NCBI GenBank assembly: GCA_045546295.1
Contig: JAZQCP010000013.1
Coordinates: 138,152 to 202,151, forward strand
Length of the DNA: 64,000 nucleotides
Source: Candidatus Nanosyncoccaceae bacterium
GTDB taxonomy: Bacteria; Patescibacteriota; Saccharimonadia; Saccharimonadales; Saccharimonadaceae
Direction of reading: 5' to 3'
Shown here: positions 47,201-53,874 of the stretch, piece by piece
Numbering within the stretch: the first letter of the stretch is position 1
Layout of the letters: every line of letters begins with the position of its first letter
The notes under the pieces: model-generated
Databases searched by the model: none
What the model was told of the DNA's origin: nothing
What the model saw: the letters and a program-made list of their open reading frames with translations, nothing else
Made by a program: the position numbers and the translations under genes

Positions 47201-47574
47201 ATGGCTGGCGTACTCGTAGGAGAGCCAGAAATGAGTGCTGGCCACTTTCCGCCGCCGTTACCAAGAACACTCGCGCGGTCGTAGCCTATGATTAATTCTT
47301 CGCATGAAAGATTTCCATCGGCAATCGTATTTTGCCAGTTGTTCGGAATCGCAACTTTCCCGTCTTTATCGCCGGAAAACATTTTATCAATCGATAGGCC
47401 GTTTTTTATGTCGCCAATATCTTTTTTAAGAGGGGCACCTTGGCTCGTATAGCATTTATTTAGTTCCGTAAAACCGGCAATATTTAAGATTTCATCGGCG
47501 TAAGAGTTGCTAGAAACAAATATACTCACAATCAGTGATAGTGCAAGTATTGATGCTAGTTTAATCTTTTTCAT
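44242..47574 (-). CDS. giant envelope protein: signal peptide + ~430-aa extracellular domain + polytopic core (TrbL/VirB6-like?) + ~350-aa charged tail
   Basis: 1110 aa. N-terminal signal (ILALSLIVSIFVSSNSYA). A hydrophobic block of about 7-8 TM segments spans roughly aa 440-760 (WIICPLITTAADYIQRAY...FANLAFVIVFLVVIF...). Hydrophilic K/R/Q/D-rich C-terminus. Confidence 0.6.
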   Translation of the reverse strand: MKKIKLASILALSLIVSIFVSSNSYADEILNIAGFTELNKCYTSQGAPLKKDIGDIKNGLSIDKMFSGDKDGKVAIPNNWQNTIADGNLSCEELIIGYDRASVLGNGGGKWPALISGSPTSTPAILTQDKAIPWLEKMGYKAEAGSGSTSGGNCVKIAYIKKTSGSSYADAKTKDGKEIYTHELCVDKLTDNKIASDSKFTVNENGEEKLTKVKVKNGKLNLTKGSVDLTVGATWKTIVENFYNTLKANRATVEWSEGTNHDGDKQYYHAELKIYDPADGLNGGVSDGDYDKKNNHWVFDTSAANAAKIAISKNSSYSDASALKFSAEQKTSLHQHYFATYFKAKLICEGDDEYSSLTAGADTVKAKNVTSKTCYARAEDPQPKHNPFTPAKVHAITEGLTWYVDYTFEELVNHMTEDELTGAAAANPDAANQDDSDAASREPDCQTRSGALGWIICPLITTAADYIQRAYADLIEPFLSIDAVLFDTSTNGGKALRDIWSIFQGFANLAFVIVFLVVIFSQLTGVGIDNYGIKKILPKLIVGAILINLSYFICQLAIDLSNILGRAIGGLFNNMSADIDADLSQVYVNLNPTEATGVQAFMDIAKNNLAIVGLIAGLLAIPAFLAAGPVIIIPALMALISLAVGAFFLFALLAIRQAVAVILVVVSPLAFAAYMLPNTKSLFKRWFDTFKGLLMAYPIASALVFGGEFVSKILLAASTADGGSGGSAQKTITSLGIILSAAVVAVAPIFYIPSLIRKSLSALSGVTAALATKQRAITSGAQRKVDSGIRNSGWQRTASERNQRIAAGIGKDGKLTTLGRLQNTWPSRMLRGAGGRAKLAEARSKALGNVNSSITSDRMLTSAGVLAAGATIANKAKSQLVDDEIANMETTTANYNVDVMEDQLKGILSSGKINADNKVKAQALMKKLSQSGGDGNKRLASIIRSDSASDEGKKLLASYATSTDIAGNIGNKDAYVAQYLRDYQAGKNGADKSFETWSETERFDTNGQSLGTNEEFVAQKQLDDDERLLQQSTKSLEQTYKAGSLDQQRAARIQGNDNLNKKDDQHKILTNVKSLTDKQYAARRNPKDKDYVNPFDIKPKNTTKPGQPTP

Positions 47575-47577
47575 AAA

Positions 47578-48813
47578 TTATGAATTACCTCCGTTAAGCA
47601 TGTCTCGTATTTCCCAACAAAACATTGATAAATCTGAATAAGATGCTTGTATTAATTGGCTAGCACTATTTGAATTGGCAAACATATTGCTGGATAGGTC
47701 GCCGATTCCAATGTCGTTTTTGTCCATAGCGATAACGTTGTCGATGCATTGTTGATCTACTGTCTTGGAGAGGCATCCTGATTTTGCGTACTCTTCCGCA
47801 AGTCTAAGAGCTATATTGAATTCTCCCTCTTTGTAGGATTTGTATTTTACCATATAAGAATTATTGCCGTCACTAAAAAGTGATAAATATGATTCTATGG
47901 CGGAATTAGCGTCGTTTGGCGAGACTGCGTACAGTTCGTAAATGTCGTCAGATGCAAGCTCTTCGGCGTTTGAGTACTTTTGTATGAATATTAGCGCGTT
48001 TTTATTTTCTTCTGTATAAGTTTTTAATTTTTCGTCAAGTTTGGATTGGTCTAGCTTAGCTAGAGATGAGGAGTAATTGTCGTACAGTGATATTAGGTCG
48101 AGTATGTACGATGAATCGATAGTGTAATTATTTTGTTGCATAGTCTCATAGCTATAGGCAGTATTCATTTCGCGATCTGGTATATCCTTGTCGCTATCTA
48201 AATTGAATAGCAATTTGTTTGCGTATCGATTAAAGGCGGTTTTTTGTTCCTTATAACTTGGTTTACCGCTAAATATATTAATACTACTCAATAATACTAT
48301 TACTACAATTAATGCCAATAATCCGATGCCAATGCCGATAAATAGACCTTTCCTGCTCTTACGAGGAGCTTGCACGGTGGTGGTGTTTGCGGCAATTGCA
48401 TTGCTGAAGAATTGAGGAATGTCGGGGCTAGTTTTTTGTGAGGAGTGTTGATAATGGTTGCGATTACTAAAAGGGTTATTTGAAAGATGAGTTTGAGCGG
48501 TGGGGTTAGTAGTGGTCTGCGAGGTAGCGTTGAAGCTCGTTGGAGTATCTTTGCTTATGTCGGATTCTGGAGCCATATCGTTAGGCGCGATGGCGCCTTG
48601 TTGCGCAAAAATATCTATCGGTTCGCTGTTGACCGGGACTGTTTGATTCTCGATTGGCGTATCGTGTGAGATGTCTAATTGATTTTCGGTTGACGTATTG
48701 GCCGAATTATTTAATAACTCCTCTGCGGCGTTGGGCGCTATTGGCGCCTCGCTCGGCGTCTCCTCCTCACTAGGAGCGCCATGAGGGATTCCTAAACTCC
48801 CATCCTCGTTCAT
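47578..48813 (-). CDS. single-pass membrane protein with disordered N-terminus (unknown function), first gene of the operon
   Basis: 411 aa. P/T/N/Q-rich N-terminal 150 aa, one TM segment (LFIGIGIGLLALIVVIVLL), and a helical extracytoplasmic domain. Leaderless-type start: TGcTAAAAT -10 at 48821-48829, 7 nt spacer, ATG at 48813. There is a 3-nt gap to the next gene. Confidence 0.65.
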   Translation of the reverse strand: MNEDGSLGIPHGAPSEEETPSEAPIAPNAAEELLNNSANTSTENQLDISHDTPIENQTVPVNSEPIDIFAQQGAIAPNDMAPESDISKDTPTSFNATSQTTTNPTAQTHLSNNPFSNRNHYQHSSQKTSPDIPQFFSNAIAANTTTVQAPRKSRKGLFIGIGIGLLALIVVIVLLSSINIFSGKPSYKEQKTAFNRYANKLLFNLDSDKDIPDREMNTAYSYETMQQNNYTIDSSYILDLISLYDNYSSSLAKLDQSKLDEKLKTYTEENKNALIFIQKYSNAEELASDDIYELYAVSPNDANSAIESYLSLFSDGNNSYMVKYKSYKEGEFNIALRLAEEYAKSGCLSKTVDQQCIDNVIAMDKNDIGIGDLSSNMFANSNSASQLIQASYSDLSMFCWEIRDMLNGGNS

Positions 48814-48860
48814 GTATATTATTTTAGCATAAGCTGAATACTAAAAACAATTAATTATTT

Positions 48861-49439
48861 TTATTTTTTATGAGTTGTAAGTAGTCCAGAAATATCCGAA
48901 AAACTAAAAATGATTAACATGACGCCAAGAATCTGTAGAAAAATGTCTGGTATGAGTATTTTGCCGAGAATGCAGAGGACGCCACAGACTAGGCTGATGC
49001 TAGAAAGGATAAGAGGAATCTTTGCTGCCTCCTTGTTGATTTTGCGCAACTTGAAAGAGTCTTGGAGTCTAATCATGCTAGCAATGATAATGAAAGTGCC
49101 AACTATGAAAGAGATTATCTCTTTGATAAAACCAGTTTGGGAAATTAAGAAAATGCCCGCTATTACCATGGCTATGCCAGCGATAAGTTTCGTAGTGTCG
49201 GCAGCTTTCTTTTCGGAACGAAGGTAAGCTATAAAGTTATAGGCGGCATAGAGAATAAATAGTCCGCCAATTGCCATAGAGATTCCGTTGACGACTTTGT
49301 CTGCCCAGATTAATAGAGTAATACCCAATACGAGCATAATTATATCGATGAGAGCTGGCGCAAAAAAGGCTTTTGAATTGTTTTTGGTCTCGTTTACGAC
49401 TTGACCTTCGATAATGTCGGTGTTTTTATTCTCTGTCAT
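48861..49439 (-). CDS. DUF308 (HdeD-like) membrane protein
   Basis: 192 aa with repeated paired-TM architecture (LVLGITLLIWADKVVNGISMAIGGLFILYAAYNF). Confidence 0.7.
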   Translation of the reverse strand: MTENKNTDIIEGQVVNETKNNSKAFFAPALIDIIMLVLGITLLIWADKVVNGISMAIGGLFILYAAYNFIAYLRSEKKAADTTKLIAGIAMVIAGIFLISQTGFIKEIISFIVGTFIIIASMIRLQDSFKLRKINKEAAKIPLILSSISLVCGVLCILGKILIPDIFLQILGVMLIIFSFSDISGLLTTHKK

Positions 49440-49467
49440 ATTGTTATTATATTATGTTTTAGAATCT

Positions 49468-49938
49468 TTACCATGTATAGTTTATGTCTACAATTAATGA
49501 TGTAATTAATATGGCCACTAGAAGAATGGTCGATGTAACTATCGTGATGATATTAACTTTTTGGTAGCTTTTTCCTGAGATATGCCGAGTATGATCGGTA
49601 ATAAATAAGGCAATCGTAAAGATTAATCCAGTTATAATAGTAGCAGCATAAAGGCTAATGAATAGCTGGCGATTTATGGTCTGATAGCGTATTAGGTAGA
49701 TGTCTACCATAATTACAGCAGTAGAGATGGTGGCGCCAATGGTGTAGTTGGCGAGCGTATTGTATTTGCCGGGTGTGGTGTTTCCTAAAAAATCATGCGC
49801 ACGCAGATATGTTGTGTAGATGAGCAAAATTGTAATAAGAGCCAAACTAGTGAGCCCCCATCCTAGAAAGAGTGCAATTATTAGAAAGACGATCGGAGCG
49901 CTGTAAGAAAGAATAATGGCGACCGAGCGTTTTTCCAT
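49468..49938 (-). CDS. hypothetical polytopic membrane protein
   Basis: 156 aa with 4-5 hydrophobic segments. 3-nt gap after corA on the same strand. Confidence 0.6.
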   Translation of the reverse strand: MEKRSVAIILSYSAPIVFLIIALFLGWGLTSLALITILLIYTTYLRAHDFLGNTTPGKYNTLANYTIGATISTAVIMVDIYLIRYQTINRQLFISLYAATIITGLIFTIALFITDHTRHISGKSYQKVNIITIVTSTILLVAILITSLIVDINYTW

Positions 49939-49941
49939 TTT

Positions 49942-50877
49942 TTAAAGCAGATCTTTCTTCTTTAGGATAACAGCTGTTGCGATTGATACTACGAACGAGA
50001 TGATTAGTATGATGGTGGCTGCCGCTGGGTCTGTGCCGATAATGCCGAATTGTACATTCATGCCGAGGAATGATGAAATCATTGTTGGGATTGAAAGCAC
50101 GATTGTGATGCCGGCGAGGAATTTCATGATGTTGTTTTGGTTGTTGCTAATGATGGTCGCATAGGTTTCTGCCATAGATTGAACAATTTCGCGATAAATG
50201 CCTGCCATATCGATAGCCTGGTTGTTCTCGATGATGGCATCTTCGAGCATATCCAAGTCGTCTTCATATAATGGCAAAACCGACCCTTTATTAATGCGTT
50301 CTAGCACTAAGCTATTTTCTTTTAGCGAGGTCGTAAAATAGACCAATGTTTTTTCGGTCATTAATAAATCGACGAGGTCCTCGTTTTTAGTAGCCTGCTG
50401 TAGCATATCTTCGCGGTATTCGAGTTTGCGATAAATATCGTTAAGAATTTCTAGATATTTGGCAGCAACTGCATTCATGGTTTGGATTAGAAAGCGGGTC
50501 TTTTTAGCGGTGCGAAAATTTGAAATAAGACCTTTGCGAAAATCTTGAAAAATATTTGTTCTGCGCGGAGAAACTGTTACTAAATAATTATCATTAGTGG
50601 CGATTATGCCGACTGGATAAGTAATATAATGCTCATCGTTGTCGATGGCGGGAACGTCGACGACTATTAGTGTAGCATTTTTAGTTGCTTCTGTACGCGG
50701 GAGCTCGTCGTCGTCGCGCATTTTTGTAAGCAGGTCGGCATCTATGTTTGTAATTTTGAGAACTTTGGCAATTTCGTCATCGGTGGGCTCGACTAAGTCG
50801 ATCCAGGAATCAGGCTCTGGCTCTTCGAGCTTTGTTAATTTCTTAGTTTCTGGATCCGTTTTATAAAACCGCAACAT
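49942..50877 (-). CDS. corA: CorA-family magnesium/cobalt transporter
   Basis: 311 aa with two C-terminal TM segments and the GMN signature (FLGMNVQF). Confidence 0.9.
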   Translation of the reverse strand: MLRFYKTDPETKKLTKLEEPEPDSWIDLVEPTDDEIAKVLKITNIDADLLTKMRDDDELPRTEATKNATLIVVDVPAIDNDEHYITYPVGIIATNDNYLVTVSPRRTNIFQDFRKGLISNFRTAKKTRFLIQTMNAVAAKYLEILNDIYRKLEYREDMLQQATKNEDLVDLLMTEKTLVYFTTSLKENSLVLERINKGSVLPLYEDDLDMLEDAIIENNQAIDMAGIYREIVQSMAETYATIISNNQNNIMKFLAGITIVLSIPTMISSFLGMNVQFGIIGTDPAAATIILIISFVVSIATAVILKKKDLL

Positions 50878-50892
50878 TCTCGTAGTTTCCCT

Positions 50893-51780
50893 TTATACTT
50901 CGATTAATTCATATTGGCGCGTTCCGAGGCCGAGACTTTCGGCATATGGAAGGATTTCGCGACCCTCTTGCCTGTCGATGCGTGCGCGTAGCTTTTTAGC
51001 GCCTGGATCTTCGCTATTCCAAATCATATCAATAAAAGCCTGGTCGTTAGCGACTGGATCTAAGCTAGCAATAATTCCGAGGTCGGCCATGACTGGGTCG
51101 CCCTGGTTTGCGTCGCAGTCGCAGTCGACTGAGAGTGTGTTCATGACGGTAATATAGACGATAGGCTTGTTGTTCTCTTTTAGATAATCTGCGACGGCGG
51201 TTGCGGCTTCGGCCATGGATTCGATGAAGGCAATCTGCCTTGGAAGGCTACGCCAGAGGATGTTTGGGTCGTCTGTCCTGCCGGCCGTGTGAATATAAGC
51301 CTTGCCGTTGCGTGAAGCGATGCCAATGGACTGGTTTTTGAGATTGGCGCCAAAGCCGCCCATGGCGTGCCCCTTGCCGTGCGCAAGATTAATAATGGCG
51401 TCATAATTGGCAAAATTTTTGCCTACTAAATCATATTCTAGATGTTTGCCCTGCTTGACTGGAATTTTAAATTCGCCATCGGCATCCATGATATCTACAT
51501 CGGCAAAGTCGGTAAAGCCGTGCTCTCTAGCAACTTCCATATGCTCTTCGGCGGTGTTGCGCGCACCACCGTACGCGGTGTTACATTCGATAATAGTGCC
51601 ATTTAGATTTTTAACAAATGGCCCAATGAGACTAGCCTTGAGATATCCTTTAGCGCCACGTTCGCCGGTGGAGACTTTTACGCCGATTTTGCCGGTTAGT
51701 TTCACATTGAGTGCGTCGTATACTCTTTGTAATGATTCTGGGGATATATCTTTCGTGAAATAGACTTTTGCTTTATCCAT
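50893..51780 (-). CDS. DUF362 domain-containing protein
   Basis: 295 aa. Overall resemblance to DUF362 proteins (KVYFTKDISPESL...GHAMGGFGANLKN). Confidence 0.65.
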   Translation of the reverse strand: MDKAKVYFTKDISPESLQRVYDALNVKLTGKIGVKVSTGERGAKGYLKASLIGPFVKNLNGTIIECNTAYGGARNTAEEHMEVAREHGFTDFADVDIMDADGEFKIPVKQGKHLEYDLVGKNFANYDAIINLAHGKGHAMGGFGANLKNQSIGIASRNGKAYIHTAGRTDDPNILWRSLPRQIAFIESMAEAATAVADYLKENNKPIVYITVMNTLSVDCDCDANQGDPVMADLGIIASLDPVANDQAFIDMIWNSEDPGAKKLRARIDRQEGREILPYAESLGLGTRQYELIEV

Positions 51781-51786
51781 ACTTAT

Positions 51787-51813
51787 ATTTTAGCATGTTC
51801 AAGGTGCTACAAT
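51787..51813. promoter_or_regulatory. back-to-back divergent leaderless promoters in a 40-bp gap
   Basis: Minus strand: TGcTAAAAT (reverse complement of 51787-51795), then 6 nt to the ATG at 51780. Plus strand: TGcTACAAT (51805-51813), then 7 nt to the ATG at 51821. Neither has an SD. Confidence 0.6.
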
Positions 51814-51820
51814 AATTGTT

Positions 51821-52498
51821 ATGAAAAAACGCACAAAACTCGCGGACCGAAAATTGCCGAATTACACAAAAGGCGAAGAGATTTTTAATATGGTGACACA
51901 TATTGTTGGTGGCGCTTTCGGAATTGTGCTTTTGATATTATGCATCGTGAGAGGCGCAACGCATAGTGGGGTTGCTGGCGTGCTAACGGGTATTGTTTTT
52001 GGTATTTGTATGATTGTGCTTTATACGATGTCGGCAGTTTATCATGGATTATCGCCGCGCGTAAAAGGCAAAAAAGTGATGCAGATCTTAGATCATTGCT
52101 CGGTCTTTTTATTAATAGCTGGAACTTATACACCAGTTACGGTTTGCGCATTAGCAAAAGCTGACCCAGTTTTGGCATGGACGATTTTTGGCGTTGTTTG
52201 GGGTGTTTCGGTAATTGGCATCGTATTGAACTCGATTGATATTAGTAAATATATGCCCTTTTCGATGTTTTGTTATATCGCCTTAGGTTGGTGTATTATT
52301 TTATCTTTACCGCAATTGATGTCGGTTTTGCCAATGATGGCAATTGCAATGCTATTCTGTGGCGGTATATCATATACTGCTGGTGCGATTATGTTTGGTA
52401 TTGGTATAAAAAAGCGTTATATGCATTCGGTTTTTCATATTATGGTGGTGGTCGGCAGTATATTTCACGGTTTGATGGTTCTGATGTATGTGTTGTAA
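51821..52498 (+). CDS. hemolysin III/PAQR-family membrane protein
   Basis: 225 aa with 7 TM segments. HIVGGAFG and HSVFHIMVVVGSIFH motifs. Confidence 0.9.
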   Translation: MKKRTKLADRKLPNYTKGEEIFNMVTHIVGGAFGIVLLILCIVRGATHSGVAGVLTGIVFGICMIVLYTMSAVYHGLSPRVKGKKVMQILDHCSVFLLIAGTYTPVTVCALAKADPVLAWTIFGVVWGVSVIGIVLNSIDISKYMPFSMFCYIALGWCIILSLPQLMSVLPMMAIAMLFCGGISYTAGAIMFGIGIKKRYMHSVFHIMVVVGSIFHGLMVLMYVL

Positions 52499-52569
52499 AA
52501 TATAAGTGTCTAGTTCTTCTAGATTCTGCACATTAATTTTTGCCTACTAAAGGAAAAGGGGGTGTAAAA

Positions 52570-53328
52570 ATGGCAACTATTGACTCAAAAGTCACTGTTC
52601 CGGTTTTCGACGTCGATAACGCGAGTGGATCCATAGCTTGGATGGCGTATAGCGAGAATCATATGCTTTACGTATTGCACGATGGCGTAGATGTATGCGA
52701 ATGCTATACGGTGTCGGAGGAGAATCTCGACGCGATCAATGAGCTGTACGAGACTATGGTGACCGAATTTGCGAATTTCAATTTCGAGGAATGGTATTGT
52801 GGAACCGCGTCTGATTGGAGCTTGTTCGACGATGCGGCCTCGTCCAGCGATGCTGGACTGTTGAATTTGTTGGCTCTGTTTGGCGGTAGAACATACGGCG
52901 AGTTTCTTAATGACGTAATGCGTAAGGTCATTCTCAGGTGTGAGTTGGAAGAAGCAGGAATCGATGCGGTCGAGGAGGAAGATGCTCCAAGCGCGGCTCT
53001 TCGCGCGGAGGATCGACTGAACAGGAAAGTGATCAATAAGTGCTCGGTTGGCGGTTTCTATGTATGCGGTAAAACCGAAGACGAGCCGGACCACTTTTGG
53101 CGCGTTGCGCTCGCAGATGGAAAAGTGTGGTTTCGGCGCAAACGTATCAATGCTGGAGAGGTTCCGGACGAAAGCCTGGAATTGGGCGCCATTTCGATTT
53201 GTGATGCTGATGGCTTAGAGGCGCTGCGCGATATGGCGTTCGGTGATTTCTACAGCGGAGATTGTGAGATTGGTCCCGATGAGCGTAATGCTCTGAGCTT
53301 ATTGGGCATCTTTCCTGAGGATGAGTAG
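52570..53328 (+). CDS. acidic cytoplasmic hypothetical protein, GC-richer than surroundings
   Basis: 252 aa from the ATG after AAAGGGGGTG. Strong terminator downstream. No motif recognised. Confidence 0.65.
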   Translation: MATIDSKVTVPVFDVDNASGSIAWMAYSENHMLYVLHDGVDVCECYTVSEENLDAINELYETMVTEFANFNFEEWYCGTASDWSLFDDAASSSDAGLLNLLALFGGRTYGEFLNDVMRKVILRCELEEAGIDAVEEEDAPSAALRAEDRLNRKVINKCSVGGFYVCGKTEDEPDHFWRVALADGKVWFRRKRINAGEVPDESLELGAISICDADGLEALRDMAFGDFYSGDCEIGPDERNALSLLGIFPEDE

Positions 53329-53355
53329 CAGACCAAGTAGGCAGTATCTGTTTTC

Positions 53356-53384
53356 CCCGGCGTTTCAAAAACGCCGGGTTTTTT
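53356..53384 (+). terminator. intrinsic terminator
   Basis: The 8-bp stem CCCGGCGT/ACGCCGGG has a 7-nt loop and a T-run at 53379-53384. Confidence 0.85.
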
Positions 53385-53401
53385 ATTATGTTGTAAAAAG
53401 T

Positions 53402-53430
53402 TTGCATTTTTAGTATGCTTGTGCTACAAT
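53402..53430 (+). promoter_or_regulatory. promoter TTGCAT-17-TGcTACAAT upstream of the tRNA-Ala locus
   Basis: -35 at 53402-53407, TG at 53422-53423, -10 at 53425-53430. Confidence 0.6.
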
Positions 53431-53436
53431 CTGATT

Positions 53437-53462
53437 GGGATAAGCGCCCCCCCGCTTATCCC
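53437..53462 (+). other. 10-bp GC-rich hairpin at the predicted 5' end of the tRNA-Ala transcript
   Basis: GGGATAAGCG, a loop of six C, then CGCTTATCCC, followed by TTATTGTTATT. Confidence 0.6.
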
Positions 53463-53480
53463 TTATTGTTATTATGGGGA

Positions 53481-53509
53481 TTTACAATTTGGGGCATTAG
53501 CTCAGTTGG
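53481..53509 (+). repeat. 29-bp direct repeat, copy 1 (10 nt of upstream DNA + tRNA-Ala positions 1-19)
   Basis: TTTACAATTTGGGGCATTAGCTCAGTTGG is identical to 53586-53614. Confidence 0.9.
53491..53509 (+). pseudogene. truncated 5' fragment of tRNA-Ala (acceptor 5' strand to D-loop)
   Basis: GGGGCATTAGCTCAGTTGG is followed by unrelated sequence. Confidence 0.8.
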
Positions 53510-53557
53510 ATGTACGAGGCGCTTGTCGCCGAGTAGAGTCAAAAACCGCGCCATCGG

Positions 53558-53573
53558 CGCTCTAGCCAACTGA
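53558..53573 (-). other. inverted 16-nt copy of the tRNA D-arm
   Basis: The reverse complement of 53558-53573 is TCAGTTGGCTAGAGCG, identical to 53608-53623 inside tRNA-Ala. Confidence 0.85.
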
Positions 53574-53585
53574 ATTAATGAATAT

Positions 53586-53614
53586 TTTACAATTTGGGGC
53601 ATTAGCTCAGTTGG
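53586..53614 (+). repeat. 29-bp direct repeat, copy 2 (overlaps the start of the intact tRNA-Ala)
   Basis: Identical to 53481-53509. Confidence 0.9.
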
Positions 53615-53672
53615 CTAGAGCGGATGCTTTGCAAGCAGGAGGTCAAGAGTTCGAGTCTCTTATGCTCCACCA
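53596..53672 (+). tRNA. tRNA-Ala (anticodon UGC), CCA encoded, with a weakened anticodon stem
   Basis: Acceptor GGGGCAT/ATGCTCC gives the G3:U70 Ala identity pair. D-arm GCTC-AGTTGGCTA-GAGC, anticodon loop TTTGCAA, T-arm AAGAG-TTCGAGT-CTCTT. Anticodon stem GATGC/GCAGG has only 3 Watson-Crick pairs. Confidence 0.85.
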
Positions 53673-53689
53673 AAAGTAGATATGTAGGA

Positions 53690-53738
53690 AATCTGTAACT
53701 TTGAACTTGGAAAAGTCCAAAATAACAGATTATTTTTT
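53690..53738 (+). terminator. long imperfect hairpin plus T-run after tRNA-Ala
   Basis: Outer stem AATCTGT/ACAGATT, inner stem TTGGA/TCCAA, followed by ATTTTTT. Confidence 0.65.
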
Positions 53739-53874
53739 GTGTTTAAGCATAAGTGAAGAATCGCGAAAACTCTAAAGCATTTTTCAAAGATGAAGGTTTT
53801 CGAACTGCCCAAAATCATGTCGCTCATCTGTAGAATGTCCGAAAAGTTCAGAATGTGGTTTGGGGCGTATAAAA

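Noticed and set aside
52585-53094. 169-aa and 110-aa minus-strand ORFs antisense to 52570..53328
   Set aside because: The plus-strand ORF is longer, has a GGGGGTG RBS and is followed by a plus-strand terminator. The antisense ORFs have no signals.
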